From: an uncultured archaeon
GTDB lineage: Archaea > Iainarchaeota > Iainarchaeia > Iainarchaeales > JAAZKV01
Assembly: GCA_964402905.1 (NCBI GenBank)
Contig: CAYODU010000003.1
Coordinates: 1-41,112, forward strand
Length of the DNA stretch: 41,112 nt
Direction of reading: 5' to 3'
The translations under genes and the position numbers were made by a program. Below are positions 25,509 to 32,856 of the stretch, piece by piece (within the stretch, counting starts at the first letter, position 1; every line of letters begins with the position of its first letter). The notes below the pieces were generated by a model, which did no database searches, had not been told where the DNA came from, and saw only the letters and a program-made list of their open reading frames with translations.

Positions 25509-25880
25509 TTAAAGTAATTCAATAGTTGTTTTGTTTCCTTTATTGTCATAAAAAGAAAAGTTGGCATTAAAATCATCTTTTTTTGTTAAACCAATTATTA
25601 TATTCAATTCATAGTTCTCAAAAAACTTTTTATCGGCAGTGCTTGAATTCGAATACCCATTTGGATGAGAGTGCAGTGTTCCAACAATGGTGTCATCAAT
25701 TGGGGCATTCATTAAATTTACGCTTGCAGAATTCTTTGAATTATAAGTGGGTAGCAAAACAATCTCGGTTATCTCTTGCTTTTTTTTGTCTCCGCCAAGA
25801 AAACACATGAATTCATCCGGCAAATAATTTTCTGATGCTTGGAGTGCATCTTCAAGAAGACTTTTTTTTACTTTCCACAT
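25509..25880 (-). CDS. minimal JAMM/MPN+ metalloprotease domain protein (123 aa)
   Basis: Complete JAMM motif HSHPNGYSNSSTAD (HxHx7Sx2D), with an upstream Glu in LPDEFMCFLGG. Start is at ATG 25880. Confidence 0.8.
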   Translation of the reverse strand: MWKVKKSLLEDALQASENYLPDEFMCFLGGDKKKQEITEIVLLPTYNSKNSASVNLMNAPIDDTIVGTLHSHPNGYSNSSTADKKFFENYELNIIIGLTKKDDFNANFSFYDNKGNKTTIELL

Positions 25881-25882
25881 GA

Positions 25883-27055
25883 CTAAATGAGTGTGAAAAG
25901 ATAGAAAAAGAGTACTGGCACAATTAGTGCGGACATACAGCAACTTCTCTTTACCTTTTTTAATACAACAAGCATTCCCAGTGCTCCTGCGAAAAATAAT
26001 GCAATAATTCCTTCAAATCCGTTGAATAAAAAAACAATTGTTATCATTGCAATTATACTTGCAAATGAAAACAAGGTTGTTTTGTTTTCTGTAAAAAAAG
26101 AAATAGCTTTTTTTGATAGAAGAATTGTTATTATGGCTCCTAGCGCACCAGCAATAACCATTGTTTCTAATCCTACAAAAAGTGTTTGTTCTGTTAGGAA
26201 AGCTCTTTCTTTTAAAAAAATCATTGAACCATTCCTTGTTTTTGATAAAAAGTAGAGCATTGGAAATGAAAAGAAAAAATTTGCTGAGTTAATACTTCCA
26301 AGCAAAACAAGATAGTTTTTTGAAGCGATTTTTTGCCTGAAAGTTTTTATTATCCCTGCAGCAACATTGCTGCCTATTCCAGGCATTATTGAAACAATAG
26401 CTCCACCGAGAACCCCGATTATTCCTTCTACAAAAAGACTCTTATTTATCTCTAAATGAGTTTCTTGTTCAATTGTAGTAACTTTTGTTTTTTTATGTTT
26501 TAAAGAATATATTATTGTGGGCAAACCAAAGTAACCCGTAATTAATGGAAAGATTTGTTCTTTGAAAAGAAATCCTTGTGTTGTTGCAGCAAGTATTACA
26601 AATAAAGCTATTATTTTTTTGTTTTTACTTTGCTCGCTTAAAATAAGTATCATTAACGTGAATGTAAGAATTATTGGGGTGACATAAATTATTTGTGAAG
26701 TATTATTTTGTATAAACAAAATAAAAATTGGCATTAATAAAGTGCAAGAAATAAGTGCAACAATTCCACCAAAAACGGTTAGACAAACAGCTTCAAACCC
26801 CTTTCCCTGTAAGAGCATCTTATGCCCCGGAAGAACCCCTTCAAAGGTTTCTGTGCTTGGTGCTCCAAGAAAAACTGATGGGATGAAATCAACAAAGGTC
26901 TGTACTATTGACATGCTTAAAACAAAAATTGTTATTTCGGTTCCAAAGAAAGGGCTCAGAAGTAAAAGTACTGTTATATTATTTGAGTGTATCCCAGGAA
27001 TCAATCCTGTTATTGTTCCCGCAATTACTCCCAGAAAACAATAAAGAATAATCAT
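25883..27055 (-). CDS. polytopic membrane protein, TctA/DUF112-like
   Basis: About 10 hydrophobic helices. The repeated G.IPGI..N motif (GLIPGIHSNN, MPGIGSNVAA) resembles the DUF112 family. Confidence 0.5.
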   Translation of the reverse strand: MIILYCFLGVIAGTITGLIPGIHSNNITVLLLLSPFFGTEITIFVLSMSIVQTFVDFIPSVFLGAPSTETFEGVLPGHKMLLQGKGFEAVCLTVFGGIVALISCTLLMPIFILFIQNNTSQIIYVTPIILTFTLMILILSEQSKNKKIIALFVILAATTQGFLFKEQIFPLITGYFGLPTIIYSLKHKKTKVTTIEQETHLEINKSLFVEGIIGVLGGAIVSIMPGIGSNVAAGIIKTFRQKIASKNYLVLLGSINSANFFFSFPMLYFLSKTRNGSMIFLKERAFLTEQTLFVGLETMVIAGALGAIITILLSKKAISFFTENKTTLFSFASIIAMITIVFLFNGFEGIIALFFAGALGMLVVLKKVKRSCCMSALIVPVLFFYLFTLI

Positions 27056-27384
27056 TTTTCTTTCACAACCTTGTGTGCGAACAGTTCTTTCTCTGTATTA
27101 TATTCACTTGCTTCTGCGTAAACAAAAACAAAATCATTTTTTTGCAGAGTAGTCTCTTTTGGATAAAAAACAAGTATTGTGTTTCCATCATTTAGAATAA
27201 ATTGAGTTGTTGGAGAATTTTTTATTACATAATCTATCCTTCCGAAAACAAGCCCGGTTGAATTTTCGCTTATTACTTTATCGATACTTTTTTCTTCAAA
27301 ATCGTTTTTGTATGTAGTAACAAACAAAAGTATTCCGATTACTATTATTATAATACATATTTGTGAGATTTTCTTGTCATTCAT
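27052..27384 (-). CDS. membrane-anchored protein with possible OB-fold-like beta domain
   Basis: N-terminal TM (ICIIIIVIGILLFV), then a beta-rich region (GLVFGRIDYVIKNSPTTQFILNDGNTILVFY...VFVYAEASEY). It overlaps the next gene by 4 nt. Confidence 0.35.
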   Translation of the reverse strand: MNDKKISQICIIIIVIGILLFVTTYKNDFEEKSIDKVISENSTGLVFGRIDYVIKNSPTTQFILNDGNTILVFYPKETTLQKNDFVFVYAEASEYNTEKELFAHKVVKEK

Positions 27385-27492
27385 GCAAAAAAAGTTTTTG
27401 CCTTCATTAAAAAAAGCTTTTTTGTTTTTCGTTTTGCGTCGAAAGGAAATCTTCTGTTTTTCTTAAAAATAGGGTTTTCTTTACTTTTTTAC

Positions 27493-27825
27493 CTAATTTA
27501 TCTGTATTGTTGGATTTAGAAAAGATGTTGCGCGGTTAATTTTTTCTTCTATTGGTTCTAGAGTAAAATCAGTGTTTGTTAGTGTGTTTGGTTCTGTTTG
27601 TACTTTTATTATTGTTGCTGAAGAGTTTTTTGCCAGAGAAATATTTTTTATTAAAACATTGTCCATTGTATTTGTTTGGTAAACAAGATCTTCTCTGACT
27701 ATTGTGTATGCAATCGTTGCTTCGTGTGTTTGTAGATATAAATTTGTAATATATATTCCGGAAGTTATTATTATTATAAACAAAAAAAGGCTTTCAAAAG
27801 CTACTTGTCCCCTCAAATAAAACAC
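27493..27825 (-). CDS. class III signal peptide (type IV pilin-like) protein
   Basis: MFYLRG/QVAFESLFLFIIIITSG, with Gln at +1 and Glu at +5. Confidence 0.65.
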   Translation of the reverse strand: MFYLRGQVAFESLFLFIIIITSGIYITNLYLQTHEATIAYTIVREDLVYQTNTMDNVLIKNISLAKNSSATIIKVQTEPNTLTNTDFTLEPIEEKINRATSFLNPTIQIN

Positions 27826-27835
27826 CTTCTAATAT

Positions 27836-28294
27836 CTAACTTTTTTCACTAATATTTATTTCATCAGATTGTTTTTCAACAATAACTGTTCTTTGTCCGC
27901 TTACAAGTGGAAAATTACAGTTTACTATGATTCCATCATTAATTGAGATGTTTTTGTCACAAGAATTATTTTTACATAAATTCATTTCAGGGTTTTTAGT
28001 TAAAACATTTATTTTTGTTATAAAACCTATTGTGCCGTCATTGTAGCAACCAACAAATGAATTTTCAGGTATAAATAATTGCAGAGTTTCTTTTGAACTA
28101 TTTCCAAGAAGTGATATTTTGTTAACAGAATTAACTATTTTCTGTGTTTCATTATTTGCAAGAGTAATGTTTTGTATGTCCGTTATAGTGCTTTGTGTGC
28201 TTTCAATAAGGGGTTTTGTTACAGAAAAAAGATATACTACTACAATGAGAATTATGAAAATAAATTCTATTGCTGCCTGTCCGCGATTATTCAT
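27836..28294 (-). CDS. class III signal peptide (type IV pilin-like) protein
   Basis: Trimmed to ATG 28294: MNNRG/QAAIEFIFIILIVVVYLF, with Gln at +1 and Glu at +5. Confidence 0.7.
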   Translation of the reverse strand: MNNRGQAAIEFIFIILIVVVYLFSVTKPLIESTQSTITDIQNITLANNETQKIVNSVNKISLLGNSSKETLQLFIPENSFVGCYNDGTIGFITKINVLTKNPEMNLCKNNSCDKNISINDGIIVNCNFPLVSGQRTVIVEKQSDEINISEKS

Positions 28295-28296
28295 TT

Positions 28297-29406
28297 TTAC
28301 AGTCCCAGAATAAACCATACTGCATCCCCCAATATAATACATAGCAAATATCCTATAAGCATTGTTGGAACAAAGGGCATTGATTCTTTTATCATTATCG
28401 TTTTGGGTATAATCCCTTTTTTTGCTAGTAGTTTAATTTCTTTTATTTCTTCTTTTATCAGTCCGCGCGCTTTATTTGCAGAAACAATCTCTTTTTCTCT
28501 GCTAAAAAGCTCTTTTATCTTTCCTTTTTTTGCAAGTGAAATTATTTTTTGTATCGAAAAATCTTTTTCAATAATTTTTTTTCCTTTCCAAACAAGTGTC
28601 TTTGAAGGAATCATTCCTTCTTCGAGTTTACTTAAGCTTATTTTTGTTGATAGGAGCGGTCTTAGAGAAAATAATAATTTAATTACTCCATAAACCACCA
28701 CAAGCATTATTGCTGAGCCAACAAAGCTTTGCAATGCAATTGAATAATTCAGTATAAGTGCAACTACAAAAACTGCAATTGTAAAAAACTTTTTTGTATT
28801 TTTTGTGAAGCCCCATGCAAAAAGTAAGGGTATTGTAATAAGGCTTGTTACATTAAAGTAATTTAGTATTGTGTAACAGCTTGAAGCAAACAAAGCTACG
28901 TGTGTAGCTTGGACACTCCTTTTCTTTAAATCTGCCGTAACTTGTTTCCTAAATTCAGGATTTTTTTTGAGTTTGTATAGAACCATTATCAGTCCATATG
29001 GAAAAAAAGCAAATAACGAGTAAATGAAAAGAGTTAGTGGAAAAATTGGTATGTTAATTGAAGAAAAAATTCCTATATTTAATAGTGCTGGAGTAAATGG
29101 GTTTAGTGCTCCAAGCCCCATAAATAATTTTACATCTCCACCTGCAAAGACACCAGCTTTCCACATTATCCAACCAAAGAAAAAACCTGTGCATAAACCA
29201 AAGAAAGAGAACATTATTGGATAGAATGCTTGGGCTGATAAACCCTCAGTTAATATTATGTAAACTGTTTGCGCACCGAATATTAATAACCCAGCTATTG
29301 CTAAGCCAAAGTTAAGTTTGTTTGGAACAATTCTTTCTTTTAGATCAGTATATGTTGCACCAATCAATCCGGCAATTGAAAATAGTATTGCAATGTAAAA
29401 AAACAT
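28297..29406 (-). CDS. archaeal prepilin/preflagellin peptidase (A24 family, PibD/FlaK/EppA-like)
   Basis: First catalytic Asp context GATYTDLKERIVPN and second FAGGDVKLFMGLGA. Polytopic, with a Lys-rich soluble insert and a final TM at the C-terminus. Confidence 0.8.
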   Translation of the reverse strand: MFFYIAILFSIAGLIGATYTDLKERIVPNKLNFGLAIAGLLIFGAQTVYIILTEGLSAQAFYPIMFSFFGLCTGFFFGWIMWKAGVFAGGDVKLFMGLGALNPFTPALLNIGIFSSINIPIFPLTLFIYSLFAFFPYGLIMVLYKLKKNPEFRKQVTADLKKRSVQATHVALFASSCYTILNYFNVTSLITIPLLFAWGFTKNTKKFFTIAVFVVALILNYSIALQSFVGSAIMLVVVYGVIKLLFSLRPLLSTKISLSKLEEGMIPSKTLVWKGKKIIEKDFSIQKIISLAKKGKIKELFSREKEIVSANKARGLIKEEIKEIKLLAKKGIIPKTIMIKESMPFVPTMLIGYLLCIILGDAVWFILGL

Positions 29407-29475
29407 GTTATTAGAATAAGGTTTTTGTGTTTAAAAAATAATCTGTGAAAGGATTTTTTATATTTTTGTCTGTTC

Positions 29476-29661
29476 TTATTGCAAAATGTTTTCTATTACC
29501 CTTGCGCGCTGTGTAAGGATATCGGCTTGTGCTTCTAGTGCTAATTGTCTTAGTGTTTCAATTACTGTTGCTGCCCCAATTGCGAGCATTATTGCAAACA
29601 CGGCTGTTAACAAGTACTCAAAGGATACTTGGGCCTTTTCCTCTGAAAATATTTTTTCCAT
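29476..29661 (-). CDS. short Flp-like type IV pilin (61 aa)
   Basis: MEKIFSEEKA/QVSFEYLLTAVFAIMLAIGAA. Confidence 0.7.
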   Translation of the reverse strand: MEKIFSEEKAQVSFEYLLTAVFAIMLAIGAATVIETLRQLALEAQADILTQRARVIENILQ

Positions 29662-29683
29662 TCAATCACTTTTCTCTAATTAA

Positions 29684-30007
29684 TTAAGAGCAACCCCATT
29701 TCTCTTTTAGAAAATTATTTGTGTTAGTGGTGCAACAATAAGTGTCTCCATCACCATTTTCACCTGAACCTGTTGCAAAATAATCATTTAAATTTTGATT
29801 ATAGCAAGCACAATCTTTAGTATTAGAATCTAGTAAATCACATATGTATTCAAAGGTTCCAGTATTTCCTGTGTCTTGTGCGGGTCCTGCTGCCGAAGTT
29901 AAAAAATTCATCACTATTAGAACAACTACAACAGCTGCCACAAGCAAAAGCAAGTATTCTATTGCTCCTTGCCCTCTAATTGATTTATTCATTTTCTTCT
30001 TTTTCAT
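29684..30007 (-). CDS. type IV pilin with Cys-rich C-terminal domain
   Basis: ..NKSIRG/QGAIEYLLLLVAAVVVVLIV, with six Cys in the C-terminal 60 aa. Confidence 0.7.
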   Translation of the reverse strand: MKKKKMNKSIRGQGAIEYLLLLVAAVVVVLIVMNFLTSAAGPAQDTGNTGTFEYICDLLDSNTKDCACYNQNLNDYFATGSGENGDGDTYCCTTNTNNFLKEKWGCS

Positions 30008-30031
30008 CTTATTCTCACTACTATTATTCCT

Positions 30032-30056
30032 TAGCAGTATTTAAAACTTGTTTTTT
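30032..30056 (-). promoter_or_regulatory. duplicated pilin promoter element, copy A
   Basis: The plus strand reads TAGCAGTATTTAAAACTTGTTTTTT; the minus strand contains TATA-like TTTTAAATA about 35 nt upstream of ATG 30007. It differs from copy B at 1 of 25 positions. Confidence 0.5.
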
Positions 30057-30107
30057 CTTTAGTGCACAAAAATAGTTTTAGAATAGATTTATTTTCTTTA
30101 AATGAAA

Positions 30108-30299
30108 TTAAGGTGTTGTTTTTTGTCCAGTGTATACACTCCAAAGATTTTGCCAAGCATCAGTAACATTGTCTTGAACTTTATCAGTATTTGCGGTGTT
30201 TAGTAGTCCTGTCATGGCGATGATTACGATTACTACTACTAGTATTGCTGCGCCTATGATTAGTAGGTATTCTATTGCTCCTTGTGCTTTTTCTTCCAT
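30108..30299 (-). CDS. short Flp-like type IV pilin, paralogue 2 (63 aa from MEEKAQ)
   Basis: MEEKA/QGAIEYLLIIGAAILVVVIVIIAMTGLLNTA. Its N-terminal 36 codons are nucleotide-identical to those of the 30444..30629 gene. Confidence 0.8.
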   Translation of the reverse strand: MEEKAQGAIEYLLIIGAAILVVVIVIIAMTGLLNTANTDKVQDNVTDAWQNLWSVYTGQKTTP

Positions 30300-30300
30300 T
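30192..30300. repeat. 109-nt perfect direct repeat, copy 1 (5' part of pilin gene)
   Basis: By eye, this stretch is identical to 30522..30630. Confidence 0.85.
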
Positions 30301-30370
30301 GATATCACTCAATTTTTCTAAAAATGTTTTCTTACTTTCTTTTTGTCTTGTTTTTAATATTACTATGTTC

Positions 30371-30395
30371 TAGCAGTATTTAAAACCTGTTTTTT
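30371..30395 (-). promoter_or_regulatory. duplicated pilin promoter element, copy B
   Basis: The plus strand reads TAGCAGTATTTAAAACCTGTTTTTT, upstream of the 30108..30299 pilin gene. Confidence 0.45.
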
Positions 30396-30414
30396 TGTTA
30401 GTAAAAAATAGTTT

Positions 30415-30436
30415 GAAAAGGCATTTCTGCCTTTTC
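30415..30436 (-). terminator. hairpin plus T-tract downstream of pilin gene 30444..30629
   Basis: Perfect 9-bp stem GAAAAGGCA/TGCCTTTTC with a 4-nt loop, starting 8 nt after the stop codon. On the minus strand it is followed by AAACTATTTTTT. Confidence 0.55.
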
Positions 30437-30443
30437 AATAAAA

Positions 30444-30629
30444 TTAAGCTGTTTGTTGCTCGTAAACATCATTAAGTCCAGTTTGTGCATCAGTTACATC
30501 AGTTGTTGCTTGTGTAGTGTCTGCGGTGTTTAGTAGTCCTGTCATGGCGATGATTACGATTACTACTACTAGTATTGCTGCGCCTATGATTAGTAGGTAT
30601 TCTATTGCTCCTTGTGCTTTTTCTTCCAT
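30444..30629 (-). CDS. short Flp-like type IV pilin, paralogue 1 (61 aa), candidate major pilin
   Basis: MEEKA/QGAIEYLLIIGAAILVVVIVIIAMTGLLNTA. A GGAGGG SD lies 6 nt upstream and a terminator hairpin lies downstream. Confidence 0.8.
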   Translation of the reverse strand: MEEKAQGAIEYLLIIGAAILVVVIVIIAMTGLLNTADTTQATTDVTDAQTGLNDVYEQQTA

Positions 30630-30630
30630 T
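30522..30630. repeat. 109-nt perfect direct repeat, copy 2
   Basis: Identical to 30192..30300, offset by 330 nt. Confidence 0.85.
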
Positions 30631-30683
30631 AATATCCCTCCATTTAATTGAGTTATCGTATTTGTATTACTCTCTTTTTATTT

Positions 30684-30836
30684 TTAATTGTTTGCATTTA
30701 CTCCGGCTTTTTCTTCTATTGCTTGGTTTACTGAGTTTGCTGCATTTTTAATTAGTATTGAAGCAACTGTAACTATTACAATTCCTCCAACAACTATAAG
30801 CAAGTACTCTAAATTTACTTGTGCTTTTTCTTCCAT
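30684..30836 (-). CDS. short Flp-like type IV pilin (50 aa), not in the ORF track
   Basis: My translation is MEEKA/QVNLEYLLIVVGGIVIVTVASILIKNAANSVNQAIEEKAGVNANN*. Its ATG shares one base with the TGA of the upstream platform gene (TGATG). Confidence 0.7.
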   Translation of the reverse strand: MEEKAQVNLEYLLIVVGGIVIVTVASILIKNAANSVNQAIEEKAGVNANN

Positions 30837-31750
30837 CAAAAACCGCCTGCCAATATTAACTTTATTACAATTGTTGAAGTGTAATACGCCACAAATGCAA
30901 TCAAAATTAGTGTTGGGACATATATAATGCTTTTGTTTATTCTTCCTTCTCTTATAATAGCCATCATAATGCCTGTGGCAGTAACTTCAACAAGAATGTA
31001 TGTTTGTATTAATATGAATACAAAACTGCTTGTTTGATTAGCTATGTTAACTTCGGCCTGGCTTATCGCATTAAGAGTTATTCTTGAAAATACAGTCATT
31101 ACTGCATTAACTTCTCCAAAAATCATTGGGGCAATTACTCCGCCTGCCGCAATCATAAAAATGAATTGCATTGTAGTATTTGATTTTCTTTCCTCGTTTA
31201 TTTTGTGTATTTCTCTTACATCATCAGCAATATCATCAAGCAGATCTGATAAGCTTGCACCGGTTCGTATAGAATCAAGTATTATTACCATTGTTCTTTT
31301 AACTAGTCTTGAATCAATTCTGTCTGAAAAGTTTTTGAGTGTGCTTTCAAGATTCTCTCCTTCTTCAAGCCTTCTTAGTGCAAAATTCATTTCCTCTGAT
31401 AATCTACCATAATCCGAATTAGCTACTTCTCTTAAAGCGCTTTCGTAAGTGTCACCAGCTTTTAGTGTATCAGCCATTTGTTTTAGTGCATCACTAAAAT
31501 TTGATTCGATTGAAGAAATAATTGCTTGTTTTTTTAAGTAGGGATAACCTATCATCAAAATAATAACTGCAAAGCCAAATGCATATGGAATAATTGTCGC
31601 TTCCGTAATGAAAAGAGTGCTTATAACAAAACTCGCAAAAGCAATTCCTGCAGAAACAATTGCTGACAAAATTATCCAAAGTGCCGCGGGATATTTTATT
31701 TTTGCAAACTCTAAAGTTTCAGAGTACTTATCCATTTTTTTTTCTTTCAT
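30836..31750 (-). CDS. type IV pilus platform protein, TadB/TadC (T2SSF/GspF, FlaJ-like) family
   Basis: T2SSF-like cytoplasmic domain (ALREVANSDYGRLSEEMNFALRRLEEGENLESTL...RTGASLSDLLDDIADDV) flanked by TM helices. Confidence 0.75.
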   Translation of the reverse strand: MKEKKMDKYSETLEFAKIKYPAALWIILSAIVSAGIAFASFVISTLFITEATIIPYAFGFAVIILMIGYPYLKKQAIISSIESNFSDALKQMADTLKAGDTYESALREVANSDYGRLSEEMNFALRRLEEGENLESTLKNFSDRIDSRLVKRTMVIILDSIRTGASLSDLLDDIADDVREIHKINEERKSNTTMQFIFMIAAGGVIAPMIFGEVNAVMTVFSRITLNAISQAEVNIANQTSSFVFILIQTYILVEVTATGIMMAIIREGRINKSIIYVPTLILIAFVAYYTSTIVIKLILAGGF

Positions 31751-31753
31751 TCA

Positions 31754-32854
31754 TCACACCTTTGGTTGCATTATATAAATCATCATTATTAACATTACAA
31801 ATACGACTGGCATTCCTACGGCAAAAAATATTGTCATTATCTCTGGAGTTAGTGGAATGTTTCTGAATAAGTTTTGTCCGGTTGCTGCTAGCGGAGAATT
31901 TCTTATTGCCCCAAGAATCATTATTGCAACAGGCAAAACTATTCCTAGGAAAATAAATATTACTGCAAAAAAATTCATGCTCTGTGAAAAAGTATTTATC
32001 TTATTTTTCATATCTTCTGAAACATCATTTGCAATATCATTCATTACTCCTGAAAGATTTCCGCCGATTCTCATTGCTCTTAAAATGTGGTTGATGGTTG
32101 TTTTTAGTGCTCTGCTTTGTGTTCTAAGTGCTGTGTGCTTTAGTGCAATTGCTGTGTCGGAGCCCTCTTCAATTTCATTTATTGTTCTTGCAAATTCTTC
32201 GCTTAGTGTTCCATAATCATTTGATGCAACTGCTTGAATTGTTTTGTATAAACCAATTCCTGCTTTTAACTCAGTAGCCATGTGTCTTAGAGCAAACGGA
32301 AGTTCTCTTGAACAAGCATTTCCACGTGAAATTGCTTTTTGTTTTGGAATTATTAAAACGATTAGTGTTGATATTATCCATCCAACAAATGCAAAGACAA
32401 ATGGCATTATTGTGTAAAACCAAATATTTGCAGTAAATAATCCAAACAAAAAAGATACTATTAGTATTACTAGTGCAACAATAAATCCACCTGCACTTGC
32501 AAGGGCGAGATACTGATTTGCAGAGTACTTCATGTTTGCTGAGTACAGATAATAACCTATTTCTTCGCTTAGCGGGAAATTTTTGAGCATTTTTTGAATG
32601 GGTTTTAGTATTCCCTTTAATTTTAAATAAACTGTTCCAAGTTTTTTATTTAGATCAGAACCAAATGATTCCAAATCATCTTCGTTTTCAATATCTATTT
32701 TAGAGTAACTATCCTCAGAAATTATTCCTCTTAATTCTTTGAGACTTGTGTTTACTTCATCAAAAACAAGTCCTTCTTCTCTGTACTTTCGTTTCATTGT
32801 CTCTACGATTTTGTTTACTTCGTCTTCATCAATAGAAAGATTATTGCTACTCAT
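31754..32854 (-). CDS. type IV pilus platform protein, TadB/TadC (T2SSF/GspF, FlaJ-like) family
   Basis: IQAVASNDYGTLSEEFARTINEIEEGSDTAIAL...IGGNLSGVMNDIANDV plus TM helices. A paralogue of the downstream gene. Confidence 0.75.
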   Translation of the reverse strand: MSSNNLSIDEDEVNKIVETMKRKYREEGLVFDEVNTSLKELRGIISEDSYSKIDIENEDDLESFGSDLNKKLGTVYLKLKGILKPIQKMLKNFPLSEEIGYYLYSANMKYSANQYLALASAGGFIVALVILIVSFLFGLFTANIWFYTIMPFVFAFVGWIISTLIVLIIPKQKAISRGNACSRELPFALRHMATELKAGIGLYKTIQAVASNDYGTLSEEFARTINEIEEGSDTAIALKHTALRTQSRALKTTINHILRAMRIGGNLSGVMNDIANDVSEDMKNKINTFSQSMNFFAVIFIFLGIVLPVAIMILGAIRNSPLAATGQNLFRNIPLTPEIMTIFFAVGMPVVFVMLIMMIYIMQPKV

Positions 32855-32856
32855 TT

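Noticed and set aside
27385-27401. Small A/T hairpin GCAAAAA-AAG-TTTTTGC next to the start codon of 27052..27384.
   Set aside because: The stem is 7 bp and almost entirely A-T, which is expected by chance in this AT-rich DNA. There is no supporting context.
28172-28693. 173-aa plus-strand ORF.
   Set aside because: It is antisense to the prepilin peptidase and to the adjacent pilin gene, both of which have clear motifs.
30192-30630. Possible CRISPR-like or mobile-element repeat.
   Set aside because: There are only two copies, each is the 5' coding part of a pilin gene, and no cas or transposase genes are present. I interpret them as paralogous gene segments.
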